A stretch of DNA of 62,507 nt. Origin: a virus. Taxonomy: Duplodnaviria > Caudoviricetes. The notes beneath the pieces are model-generated. The model was not told the DNA's origin. It made no database searches and saw nothing but the letters and a program-made list of their open reading frames with translations. Positions 26,454 to 36,377 of this stretch are shown one piece after another. Position 1 is the first letter of the stretch; every line of letters starts with the position of its first letter. The stretch spans positions 1 through 62,507 of IMG/VR virus record IMGVR_UViG_3300031658_000005. One strand, given 5' to 3'. A program made the position numbers and the translations under genes.

Positions 26454-28149
26454 AAAACTCAGGGTTCTAGTCCACTCTAATCATAGTAGGCTTGTTACTG
26501 GATTTGGCAAAAATGCTAAAAATATTCTTTTAGCATTACATGCTGACCCGCAAATTGAAGTTATTGAAGCTGGAAATGGAGTTAAATTTGGGGCTGACTT
26601 ATTGACTCCTTGGGAGTCTTATGGGACTAGCCCCACTGACCCACTTGTTTTGCAAGGCATACAAGGCAATGGGCAGAAAGAAAGAATGGCTCAATATGGA
26701 TATTATACTATCGACGAAATTGTCGATAGATGTAATCCAGATGTTTACCTTGGAATCGAAGACATTTGGGCGTTTTCCGAATATCACAAGAAACCTTGGT
26801 GGAATAAAATCAATAAAGTTCTTTGGACGACATTAGACAGTTTGCCGATTTTAGACCAAGCCCTGCAAATGGAGCCTCTTTGCGATAAGATGTTAGTGTG
26901 GGCATCATTCGCAGAATACGAAATGAAAAAGCTTGGACACAAGAATGTCGAAACACTCCACGGAGCTGTTGACTACTTTCATTTTAAGCCGATAGACCAC
27001 AGGTCTTCCATAAGAAAGAAATTTGGTTTGGATTCAAATTATGTGATAGGTTTTGTTTTTAAAAATCAATTAAGAAAATCAGTCCCCAACCTTCTAGAGG
27101 GTTTTAAAATTTTCAAAAAACAGAATCCAGATGCTGCAGCAAAACTGTTATTGCATACTGATTGGGCAGAGACTTCTCATGGCTGGGATATACCGAGATA
27201 TCTTAAAGAGATGGATATTGATCAAAATGATGTCCTTTCCACCTATCTTTGCCATGCTTGTGATTACTTTCATGTAGCCCCTTATCAAGGAGAAGATAAA
27301 AATTGCCCTCAGTGCAAAACAGAAAAGTCATTTAAAACTAAAAATAGCGCAAAAGGAGTTAACGAAAAACAATTAAATGAACTCTATAATTGCATGGACG
27401 TTTACTGCCATCCATTCACAAGCGGAGGACAAGAATTACCCATTCAAGAAGCGAAGGCAGCAGGACTGGTAACTTTAGTTACAGGTTATTCTTGTGGAAC
27501 AGACTCTTGTTACAAACGCCAAGGAGGAATTCCTCTAAAGTGGAATTCATATAGAGAGCCTAGCACTCAATTCATTAAAGCATCTACTTGCCCGAAAGAT
27601 ATTGCAAAAAAGTTAAAAATGGTCTTCCATATGCCAAAAGCAGAAAAACTTCTTTTGGCAGAAAAAGGATTAAAATATGTAAAAAAGAATTTTTCTGTTG
27701 AGTCCACTGTAAACAAACTCAAGAATATTTTGTTTTCTCTAGAAAAGCCCATAATCAAAGAAGAAGAGACGAAGGACTCCCCCAAGACTTTAGGGATTGA
27801 AGATGCATTAGGAGATGAAGGCATCTCTAATAGGATCGCCGTTGTTCTTCCTGAATCAGCTGGAGATATTCTCATTCTGAATTCTTTAATGAAGAATCTT
27901 AAAGATTTGTATCCAGAAAAAAACATATACGTCTTTACTAAACCTCAATTTTATCAGATGATTGAGGATAATCCAAGTGTTCATAAAATCCTTCCATATC
28001 AAGATAGTCTTCAAAACCTATTAATGTTAGAAGGAAGGGGGGACCATCAGGGGTATTTTGACATGGCTTTTTTGCCTAATATCGGGACACAAAAACATTT
28101 AAACTATCTCCATAACGGTAAAGATAAAACACAATTTGAGTTACGATGA
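26437..28149 (+). CDS. GT4-like glycosyltransferase with Cys4 insertion, fused to the N-terminal half of a GT9 heptosyltransferase
   Basis: TGFG, KNQLRKSVPNL, CHAC...CPQC insert, LNELYNCMDVYCHPFTSGGQELPIQEA. C-terminal IAVVLPESAGDILILNSLMKNLKDLYPEKNIYVFTKPQFYQMIEDNPSVHKILPY is WaaC/WaaF N-domain-like. Confidence 0.8.
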   Translation: MESHSKKLRVLVHSNHSRLVTGFGKNAKNILLALHADPQIEVIEAGNGVKFGADLLTPWESYGTSPTDPLVLQGIQGNGQKERMAQYGYYTIDEIVDRCNPDVYLGIEDIWAFSEYHKKPWWNKINKVLWTTLDSLPILDQALQMEPLCDKMLVWASFAEYEMKKLGHKNVETLHGAVDYFHFKPIDHRSSIRKKFGLDSNYVIGFVFKNQLRKSVPNLLEGFKIFKKQNPDAAAKLLLHTDWAETSHGWDIPRYLKEMDIDQNDVLSTYLCHACDYFHVAPYQGEDKNCPQCKTEKSFKTKNSAKGVNEKQLNELYNCMDVYCHPFTSGGQELPIQEAKAAGLVTLVTGYSCGTDSCYKRQGGIPLKWNSYREPSTQFIKASTCPKDIAKKLKMVFHMPKAEKLLLAEKGLKYVKKNFSVESTVNKLKNILFSLEKPIIKEEETKDSPKTLGIEDALGDEGISNRIAVVLPESAGDILILNSLMKNLKDLYPEKNIYVFTKPQFYQMIEDNPSVHKILPYQDSLQNLLMLEGRGDHQGYFDMAFLPNIGTQKHLNYLHNGKDKTQFELR

Positions 28150-29276
28150 GCCATTTAGCAGAGGAATACGCCAAATCATGCGGAGTAAAGATTGGTAAGC
28201 CAGTATTGAATCCTCATTACTTCCCAGTTTTATATGATAAATATATTACAATTCATAATGACAAGAAGGTTCAGGCAAAAGAATACGATATGTGGGTTGA
28301 TGTTATTGAACTTCTTAAAACGCATTTGGGAGATATTAAAATCATCCAAGTCGGAGCTAAAGGAGAAAAAACAATTGACGGCGTAGATGCTCATATGCCC
28401 ACAGAAACTCTGAAGCAATCTGCTTATATTATAAAAAACTCTTTAGGACATGTCGGGATTGATAGTGTCCCTATTCACATCGCTTCTGCATTAGATAAGC
28501 CCGTTGTAGGCATCTATGCTCACACATATGCAGACACATGTTCTCCGCTTTGGAATGATAAAACAAAAGCGATAACAATTGAATCAGATAGAGGTGGCAA
28601 AAAACCCTCATTTTCTTTAGAGGAAAATCCAAAAACGATCAATTTCATAAAACCAGAAGAGATCGCTCAAGCTGTTCTTGATGTTTTAGAAATCGATGAG
28701 AAAGTTGTTCATGAAACAATTTTCATTGGGGGTAATTGTAAGTCAGATTTTTACGAGGTTATACCGATAAAGCGCACAAATATTGTGTCTGATAATATTG
28801 ATGTAAGGATGGACTACGCTCACAACGAAGAAGTCTTAAATTACATCCTCCAAAGGAATAAAGTGGAGGTTACGACCACAAAACCTATTAATGAAAATCT
28901 CATTAGGTCCAAAAAGATAAAAAAAATAATCTATAAGGCGGAATCTTTTGATGTTGAGTTTCTCAACCTAGTGAAGGAAGTGGGAGTGCCTATTATAACA
29001 ATATGCACATCTTCGAAAAACCTTCCTGAAGAAAGATCTAAAAACTTTGATCAGCTAATTAATTATCTAGATACTCAGGCAATTATTGAGAATAACAAGA
29101 AAAAGATCAATGTAGATGATTTTAATACAATTAAAATTAAAAGTAATAAAAAAATAGTTTGCGGAGACGATATTTACCCAAGCTATTTTGATTTGAATGA
29201 ACGCAAAAATTTAGATCATTTTTACCTTGACTTAGAATTCTTTAGAGTTTATCATGACCCACATGAGCAAGAATAG
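28146..29276 (+). CDS. C-terminal half of a GT9 heptosyltransferase plus an unknown domain
   Basis: HLAEEY, YITIH...AKEY..W, IIQVG, LKQSAYIIKNS..HVGIDSVPIHIASALDKPVVGIY (GT9 DSGxxHxAxA motif). Confidence 0.8.
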   Translation: MSHLAEEYAKSCGVKIGKPVLNPHYFPVLYDKYITIHNDKKVQAKEYDMWVDVIELLKTHLGDIKIIQVGAKGEKTIDGVDAHMPTETLKQSAYIIKNSLGHVGIDSVPIHIASALDKPVVGIYAHTYADTCSPLWNDKTKAITIESDRGGKKPSFSLEENPKTINFIKPEEIAQAVLDVLEIDEKVVHETIFIGGNCKSDFYEVIPIKRTNIVSDNIDVRMDYAHNEEVLNYILQRNKVEVTTTKPINENLIRSKKIKKIIYKAESFDVEFLNLVKEVGVPIITICTSSKNLPEERSKNFDQLINYLDTQAIIENNKKKINVDDFNTIKIKSNKKIVCGDDIYPSYFDLNERKNLDHFYLDLEFFRVYHDPHEQE

Positions 29277-30078
29277 TGTTTACGGCCCAGATATTTACAA
29301 GAGAAACGAGCATGGTCTTTTAGGGAATGCCCTATATTCTTTCAATGAAGATGGTTCTGTTGATTGGAGGTCCATGATTAAAGACAACTTCCTTTATCCT
29401 AATAAAGATTGGTTTGAGGCAAGAAAGAAGCCCATCCCAAGTTCTACTGACGGATTAAGAGATAATCAACTCTTGATTATGCTTGGTGGCATCAAGGAAC
29501 TCGCCAAAATAAGAGGCTATAGTTCTGTAAATTTTGATATAGATAACATTTCAGACGGTTACGTTACGGCCAAATGCACAATTGAATGGGATGGCAATTA
29601 CGAGTCATCTATTACTACCTATACAGATGTCGCGAATGCCACATTAGCTAACACAGATGCTTTTTGTGCGAAATTTTTAGAGACTATCGCTTGCAATAGG
29701 GCTTTTGTTAGGTGTGTTCGCAATTACTTGGGCATTCACATTGTAGGTGCTGATGAAATCGATAAGTCAAAAGGGGCTAATAATTCCAATACAGTGGAGT
29801 ATGATGCATCCAGCGATGCTGTAATGTTCCCATTAACGCCTTCAGGATCGCTTCAGAAGGCCTTGGGCGAGAATCGCGGAGTAAACTCCTTTGAGGAGTT
29901 TAAAGCGCTTTTAAGGGCGTTCTGGAAGGATAATTCTTATCGTCCCACCGTTTCTGGAGAGTTCACTAATGAAGAGAAAGAGAAAGAGATGTCGAAGGAA
30001 ATTAAAAGTTGGAAATCTTATGACGACATCCCAGCCAAAGAGTGCAGGAAATTGATTGCAATTTGCAAAAACTCATAA
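29254..30078 (+). CDS. putative Rad52/Sak-like single-strand annealing protein
   Basis: GGIKELAKIRGY...VTAKCTIEW...DVANA...LETIACNRAFVRCVRNYLGI resembles the SSAP 'AxxxAxxRxxxxxLGI' helix. Confidence 0.5.
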   Translation: MTHMSKNSVYGPDIYKRNEHGLLGNALYSFNEDGSVDWRSMIKDNFLYPNKDWFEARKKPIPSSTDGLRDNQLLIMLGGIKELAKIRGYSSVNFDIDNISDGYVTAKCTIEWDGNYESSITTYTDVANATLANTDAFCAKFLETIACNRAFVRCVRNYLGIHIVGADEIDKSKGANNSNTVEYDASSDAVMFPLTPSGSLQKALGENRGVNSFEEFKALLRAFWKDNSYRPTVSGEFTNEEKEKEMSKEIKSWKSYDDIPAKECRKLIAICKNS

Positions 30079-32532
30079 ACCCAAGGCATTTCTCTGCCTT
30101 GCGTTGAAGGACTTTGGAAGCATTGACTTTGGAGTGAGGGCTTCCATTCCTTCCGTTATCATGAAGCTTTGCTCTGGCGGTATAAGTTTAATTGTAGATT
30201 CGCTTACGGTTGTAGTGATCCCATTGCTGCCAACAGAAATAGATACAGAGTTCATTGTCGGGAAAAACTCTGGGACTACTAGCCCGTAAAAAGTCCTACT
30301 AGAACTCTGAGGCCTATCATAACGATTGTTGTATTTCCCCCTGATTTCCTGCAAAACTTTCATTTCGGCTGTAGAGCCAGAAGCGCTTGATAAACTTAAT
30401 TTATTAATAATTGATTTGTTAGTCTCAATGCGAGGGGGACTTTGAATAGAATTATATTTGAAATCATACCTATCAAAGAGATCGGCTAGTTTCTGACCTG
30501 ATTCAGAAGAACTTGCTATCTGATCATCTTCTTCCTCTTCTCCTTCTTCACCAATCTTATTAACTCTTGTTTTACTTCTTGTATAAGTTAGTTTTATGGT
30601 TTTCTTTACCTCAATAGCGTTCATGAACTTTTGCGTCGATTCTTTGAGTAAATTAATTATTCCTGTCCCTAAAGTTTTTCCTGTTACTTCTTTAGGAACA
30701 GAAGGCCCTCCGATATAAAACTGATTTTGAAATCCTAGTTGGTCTACTATTTCATAAAAATCACCCAACATAGAAAAATCAACTTTAGCATCTTCTCCCT
30801 CCCTCTCTAGTTTAGGCAGCGCCCTGAGACCAACAAAATAATTATCATGTATCTTTTTTACTGGATTTCCGATTTTTGTTTTTCCTCGATCTTCTTTAGT
30901 TTGAGTTAATAGCCCCAAGTCCTTAACTGTTAAGTCTTTTTTGGTGTTTAAATTGTCAAGGTAAGTGGAAATTGAAGATAACTCTGGAATTTCTGAGATT
31001 TTGTCGTTTCCTTTTAATGGTCCAACAATAACAATATTATTACTATTTGAAAACTCCATCCTTTCAGACTTGTAGTCAGAGTAGGCATTTGAGATATAGA
31101 TTCCCCCAGCAATTTCGAAATACGACTTTAAAAAACTATACAATTCTGTTGTGTGAGGCCTAGGCATTTTCTTGGGCGTAGGATTGTCTTCAACGCTGAT
31201 ATCGTTATACATTAATCTAAGATATTTAAATTTATTATCCAGCCTATTCATGCCTTTAAGCTTAGTAAGTTTAGCTACTACTTTTGCCCGTGGTTCGGCT
31301 TCATCGTCATATACACTCTCTAAGTCATCCCCAAAGTAAGTGACGAGCTTTACTCCGTTTCCTTTTACCTCTGCCAAGGGTAAATATGGATACAATTTAG
31401 ATAGATCGAAGTTTTCTATACTTTCTGCTTTGGCTATAGCAGTACAGAAGTAAGTAAATTTATCAAAGTAATCGTTGCTTTCTTCTTGCTCTATTAAACT
31501 AAAGAAAGCTCCCAAAACAGGAATAGGAGCTTTTTTTGTAAGCCCGTAATCTTCAAATCTGCATCTTTTGAAGAATATAGGCCTAGGTCTATAATCAGCT
31601 TTTGAACTAGAAGAATCCTTGCTTCTTTCTGTTGTTCCAGAATAGGTATTAACAATCTTATTTAATACATTGGTCTCCGTAAAAGAAGAACTCAAGACAT
31701 TGGGGTCGTTAGTATTCACATGAGAAGGGATTTTAATTTGACTAGCAATATCAGAGTTAACAAACTCGACGGCCCCAGTTTGAGGATTAATATACCAAAA
31801 ATACCCTAAGCTTCCCGCTATACTACTTATCACGCTAGACAAAGTCCCACTCACTTCAAATAAAAGGTCGTCAGTTTCTTTCAAACCATTTACGAATACT
31901 CCAGCGCTACTTAAAGCTTTCTTAAATTCAGACAGCGTATACCCAAATTTCAAATCATATTGAGATAAATCAGGAGAATCTTTGTAAATTTTACTTACGA
32001 AATCTGTGTTTAAAGACAAGTTTTCTTTTAATTCTTTATTTTGATAAATTAAACTTATTTTTACTCCTTTGAAGCTTGATGCAGATTCTATGTTGTAAAT
32101 CTTTCCAAGATAGATTACAGAGTCCTCTACTACTGGTCCTTGAGTTTTGAAAGATTTCAAAGGCGATCCTTTCACTTCTGTAAAATACGGGACAGAATCT
32201 TCGAATTCTCCTCCTTCAGGCCCACAATTAATCCCTCTAACTAAAATTATATAAGAATCCAATATCAAAGATGTTCTATCTGTATATCTTCTTGTTATAA
32301 CTTTTTTGGTTGGGTCTGCGGATGTAGTTTTTGAAGTGCAGACAAAATTACCTAACATGTTATTGATTTTCTGATTAGTGAAGTTATTGACTTCTCCCAA
32401 ATCTCCTAAAACGGTTCCTAGGGTCTCGCCATCTTCTACAGATTTTGGATTTACCAAAGAAGTTACAGATGCTGTGTGGCCTCCTCCAGCATTTGTAAAA
32501 TTCAAATCCACTTTTGTAATACCTTCTTTCAT
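30073..32532 (-). CDS. putative tail tip/baseplate protein
   Basis: 819 aa, distal gene of the tail module; SSVISSIAGSLGYFWYINP resembles hub/Tal-type segments. Confidence 0.5.
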   Translation of the reverse strand: MKEGITKVDLNFTNAGGGHTASVTSLVNPKSVEDGETLGTVLGDLGEVNNFTNQKINNMLGNFVCTSKTTSADPTKKVITRRYTDRTSLILDSYIILVRGINCGPEGGEFEDSVPYFTEVKGSPLKSFKTQGPVVEDSVIYLGKIYNIESASSFKGVKISLIYQNKELKENLSLNTDFVSKIYKDSPDLSQYDLKFGYTLSEFKKALSSAGVFVNGLKETDDLLFEVSGTLSSVISSIAGSLGYFWYINPQTGAVEFVNSDIASQIKIPSHVNTNDPNVLSSSFTETNVLNKIVNTYSGTTERSKDSSSSKADYRPRPIFFKRCRFEDYGLTKKAPIPVLGAFFSLIEQEESNDYFDKFTYFCTAIAKAESIENFDLSKLYPYLPLAEVKGNGVKLVTYFGDDLESVYDDEAEPRAKVVAKLTKLKGMNRLDNKFKYLRLMYNDISVEDNPTPKKMPRPHTTELYSFLKSYFEIAGGIYISNAYSDYKSERMEFSNSNNIVIVGPLKGNDKISEIPELSSISTYLDNLNTKKDLTVKDLGLLTQTKEDRGKTKIGNPVKKIHDNYFVGLRALPKLEREGEDAKVDFSMLGDFYEIVDQLGFQNQFYIGGPSVPKEVTGKTLGTGIINLLKESTQKFMNAIEVKKTIKLTYTRSKTRVNKIGEEGEEEEDDQIASSSESGQKLADLFDRYDFKYNSIQSPPRIETNKSIINKLSLSSASGSTAEMKVLQEIRGKYNNRYDRPQSSSRTFYGLVVPEFFPTMNSVSISVGSNGITTTVSESTIKLIPPEQSFMITEGMEALTPKSMLPKSFNARQRNALGL

Positions 32533-33389
32533 AAAATAATTTCCTCTTTTTTAGTTGTAACCTTAAAGCTTTTTCCTTCAATTGACCCACTAATCAAAGC
32601 GCTAACTCCTGTTCTAACTATAGTTACACCTGTATAAAGCTCTAGATAGTTTGATTGGAACTCTGACACACCATTAATATAATAATTAGTCCTTTTTTCA
32701 ATAAATCCAGAACCAAAAACATCAGGATTTTTTCCTGTCACAGAGTCTGACCTAAATCTTTTCTTGTAAGCGCTGTATTTAAATTGATTTTTATTATCTG
32801 ATGTAACTACACCTCCGACATTTACAGATTCTGATCCAGCTCCTCCAAAAAGAGGTGTGAAATTAGCCTCTGTCCCAACAGAAACTCCAATACCGACACC
32901 AGAATATACTTTCTGGCCATTTAGAAAATAATCGCAATCCGAAAAACTTACTGGCCCTACAGAATTCACGATAGAATCTTTTAAAGATTGTCCGAAATCT
33001 CCTGTGGCAACGATAATGTCTGAGCCAGAAACGAGGTTATAGGAAATCTCAGAAAAAGAGTTTTCTGGAGTAGTGTCGTCAAAAAATAATTTTGATCTTT
33101 GGAATGGATCAGCTTCTAAGTTTTTTATAAAAAAATCTCCTGTATTTATTTTATATAAAATTTCATTAATGGCTTGCTCTATAATTGGGTCTTCCTGCAG
33201 TAGGGTCTGACCATTTAAAGATAATTGGAACCTTTTATCTTCAAGAGATATGTTTCTGTCGTAATAAAAATCGCCTTGAGTTCCTGCCACGCCTTTATTC
33301 AATAAAGAATAATTATCGGTATGCAAATCTATAGAAGAGCATCCAGAAATAGTTGAGTCACCAGTAAATATAGTAGAGTCGTAAATCAT
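32529..33389 (-). CDS. putative tail/virion protein
   Basis: Position in the tail module; repeated (L/I)NG motifs (SLNGQ, FLNGQ, YINGV); [S/T]G-rich. Confidence 0.55.
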   Translation of the reverse strand: MIYDSTIFTGDSTISGCSSIDLHTDNYSLLNKGVAGTQGDFYYDRNISLEDKRFQLSLNGQTLLQEDPIIEQAINEILYKINTGDFFIKNLEADPFQRSKLFFDDTTPENSFSEISYNLVSGSDIIVATGDFGQSLKDSIVNSVGPVSFSDCDYFLNGQKVYSGVGIGVSVGTEANFTPLFGGAGSESVNVGGVVTSDNKNQFKYSAYKKRFRSDSVTGKNPDVFGSGFIEKRTNYYINGVSEFQSNYLELYTGVTIVRTGVSALISGSIEGKSFKVTTKKEEIIL

Positions 33390-34771
33390 ATTCTTTCTCC
33401 TAAATAGTAAATGTAATCTTTCTTTAAGTATTCTCCACTTGTGTCCATTCTAATTCCAGAATTTTTAAGTTTTGTAATTATTGTTTTACTCTCGTAGAGA
33501 GGAATCTGTATAACGCCGCTAATCTCGTCTAGTGTCCCTACTTGCATCCTAGATCCAAACAGCTGAACTGAAATCTCACCTGCCCCAGAGACTCCTCTGT
33601 CCTCTGCATATTGACTAATAGCGCCTTCTACATCTTGCAATCCAAGAGTATCAAAGGCTGATGTGTCACCAGTCGGCAAATATTGATATCCAGAGTCGGG
33701 GTGCAAAAATCCTACTTCTTCTTTGACAAAGTTTGTAGTATTTCCTACATCACAGGATCTATAAACAAAATACCTATCTCCCTCTTCAACACTCGCGTTC
33801 GAGGCAGACCGAAAGCTCCCCGTGGACATATATCTTCCTGTTGACAAGTTGATACTGCCAGTATCTTTATAATCGTAGCCTGTAATTCCAGTTTTATAAA
33901 CAGTAGCTTGGTCGTAACCTGTGATTATTGAATTAGTGCTTGTAGCGCCTATACCAACAAAATAATTTCCTACCATTCCGCTTCCTAATCCAAATATAGT
34001 AGAGGGAGAAATATAACCAGACAATAAAGCAAAAGAATTTAAACTTATATTCGAGGTTTCAAATGATCCTCCATTACCTCTAAAATATTGTTCAGAACCT
34101 CCTATATAAAATCCTGAATTATTAGCTATGAAGGTAGTATCAAGAGTAAAGTCGTCTTTTTCTATTTCATTATTCAAGAAGTCATACCTGCACATGGTAA
34201 GCTGATTAAAGCCAAGCGAAAAACTAATAATATTTCTTTTACTTAATTCTAATTCAGTAGAGGTGTAAATAAAATCCCCATCTTCACCGAATCCTTGGTA
34301 AAATAATTTTCCTCTATCTGTTATGCCAAAGTTGAACCCCCTTGCTCCTGTTATAACTTGTTCGTTAATTATACTTGACCCCTTTTCAAGAGATCCAAAC
34401 AAAACACAATCATTTACCTCTCCATTGAACTCAAAGTCCATAACAACCGAACAATTAGAATAAGGGAAAAGGTCAGTTCCAGTGACTTGCAAATTTGATT
34501 TAGACAAATCTCCTTTGTCGTTGAGCAAGAATTCTCCTGTGGCAAAAAGCTTCGCATCTTGAACTGTTGATCCTAAACCTACAAGAACCCCACTATAGAC
34601 CCCTGTGTCTCTTGCTGGCTCGCAGTTTTCAATAACAGCATAGTTAGTTCCTGCTCTATTATCAATTCCTATATGCCTTCCACTAAGCCCAGAGAAATTA
34701 TAAAAGACAAACAAGTTTTCATTGCTTCCTAGTGTATCTCTTAAAGAATAATCTAAACCTTTTTCACTCAT
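33386..34771 (-). CDS. putative tail protein, possibly with a concanavalin A/LamG-like domain
   Basis: LFVFYNF start, GFNFGITDRGKLFY, FYIGG; [S/T]G-rich. Confidence 0.5.
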   Translation of the reverse strand: MSEKGLDYSLRDTLGSNENLFVFYNFSGLSGRHIGIDNRAGTNYAVIENCEPARDTGVYSGVLVGLGSTVQDAKLFATGEFLLNDKGDLSKSNLQVTGTDLFPYSNCSVVMDFEFNGEVNDCVLFGSLEKGSSIINEQVITGARGFNFGITDRGKLFYQGFGEDGDFIYTSTELELSKRNIISFSLGFNQLTMCRYDFLNNEIEKDDFTLDTTFIANNSGFYIGGSEQYFRGNGGSFETSNISLNSFALLSGYISPSTIFGLGSGMVGNYFVGIGATSTNSIITGYDQATVYKTGITGYDYKDTGSINLSTGRYMSTGSFRSASNASVEEGDRYFVYRSCDVGNTTNFVKEEVGFLHPDSGYQYLPTGDTSAFDTLGLQDVEGAISQYAEDRGVSGAGEISVQLFGSRMQVGTLDEISGVIQIPLYESKTIITKLKNSGIRMDTSGEYLKKDYIYYLGERI

Positions 34772-34772
34772 A

Positions 34773-36377
34773 TTAATAGTATTTACTTATATTATAAGAA
34801 ATATTCTTATCATTTAAACTACTAGACTCAGAATATATAAATACGCCTGTCATGTATCCACTTACTGTATCTTTAAGTTCTTGGAGATGCCCTGTGGAAG
34901 CCTCGCAAGATGCTGCCGCCGATAATTGCCCTGCGGTGCGATTGTTAATTTTTTGCTTAGCGAACCCTCCAAGACTTGGAACAATACCGCTTAGTTCTAA
35001 AGGCCTGTTATCTGTTAAAGAAATTTGTAGTCCAGTTAAACTCCCATTAGAAAGATCTGGCCCATTGTCAAAGGAGAGGGAATAAGATATGCTGCTTTGA
35101 TTGGGGTTTTTTGAAATAGACCTACTAATCGGCTCAGGGTTTATGTAATCCCCGCTTATGTGATACCCACTTGCATACCCAGTGAATTCTTGCAGGGCTT
35201 CAATCGCCAAATTTAAAAATCCTGAATCAGCAGCTAGGCCGCTATATTGCTCATCTATTTCTGCAAATCTCTGACCAGTTGCGGGATCTCCAGTGGGAAT
35301 AACTTCAAATGGAGAATTATATTTAAAATCTCCCTGTATGGAAACCTGCACTTTAGAGTCGTCTTTGCTAGCGCTGACTGTGGAACTCCTTGTATGTAAT
35401 ACGTTTCCTACTTGATCTAAGTTTTCGGGGTTGGAAAAACCATAAGAGAAAGAAATAATATTTGTTCCAGTGTCTATGTCGTAAGATGACGTAGAAGGCC
35501 CCCTATCTATAAATGTATAGACTCCACTTTCATAATCAGAAAGAGATGAAACTACCGAATTAACGGCAATTTCTTGAGCCATAGAAGCTGTAAATAATCC
35601 TGTAGAAATTATACCTTTAGAGTTTTTAATAGCATCGAAATCCCCTTGAATGCTAGCTGTCACATTAACGTTTAAGCCTTCGTCTCTTCCATATGCTATT
35701 GAACAATTAGATTGGAAGACTCCAGATAAACCTGTATGTATATATTCGCTTGTATTGTATCGATAAGTTTCTTGTAGTCCATATGTGTTTTTACTCTTGT
35801 CTATGTTTTCGGTCCTAGACATTAAGTATCCCGTAGATCCTGTTAAAAATAAACTCAAGTCATTATATCCTGTGACTCTCCCTGTTACAAAATGCCTTGC
35901 ATTTACCAATGGAGACGCAGAATTAACCTTAACTCCTTTTGCAGAAACATTATGAGTGGATTCTACAATTCGACCATCCTGTTCGTTGAATGACCAAGTG
36001 TCTATTGGGTCAGATATTCCAAAAAACTCTGAAAAACTATTGGACTCATAACAACTAAAGGATACGGAATAAGGCAAGAATGTAGTCAAGTCTGAATCTG
36101 AGAAAGAGATGGTTTCTGGCTTTGCTTTCAAAAAAGTCTCGTCTTGTGATTCGTGCGAGATGGTTAATGTCTCAAATGTAGACATCATCCCACTAATCAT
36201 TTTCATTTTTTGTAAATGCAAGCCGCTTAAATTTTCTCCCGTTAAGTTCCCAACTAATTCAATAGAGTTTTTGGTGTGATCTATTTTTCCAGCAATATAA
36301 ACAGGCTCAATCCCTTGTCCTACAAAAGGAATAGGACTTGGGAATGAATAACTTCCATATGTAATTTGTTCGGACAT
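34773..36377 (-). CDS. putative tail (distal tail/baseplate) protein
   Basis: Second gene after the tape measure; beta-rich and S/T/G-rich. Confidence 0.55.
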   Translation of the reverse strand: MSEQITYGSYSFPSPIPFVGQGIEPVYIAGKIDHTKNSIELVGNLTGENLSGLHLQKMKMISGMMSTFETLTISHESQDETFLKAKPETISFSDSDLTTFLPYSVSFSCYESNSFSEFFGISDPIDTWSFNEQDGRIVESTHNVSAKGVKVNSASPLVNARHFVTGRVTGYNDLSLFLTGSTGYLMSRTENIDKSKNTYGLQETYRYNTSEYIHTGLSGVFQSNCSIAYGRDEGLNVNVTASIQGDFDAIKNSKGIISTGLFTASMAQEIAVNSVVSSLSDYESGVYTFIDRGPSTSSYDIDTGTNIISFSYGFSNPENLDQVGNVLHTRSSTVSASKDDSKVQVSIQGDFKYNSPFEVIPTGDPATGQRFAEIDEQYSGLAADSGFLNLAIEALQEFTGYASGYHISGDYINPEPISRSISKNPNQSSISYSLSFDNGPDLSNGSLTGLQISLTDNRPLELSGIVPSLGGFAKQKINNRTAGQLSAAASCEASTGHLQELKDTVSGYMTGVFIYSESSSLNDKNISYNISKYY

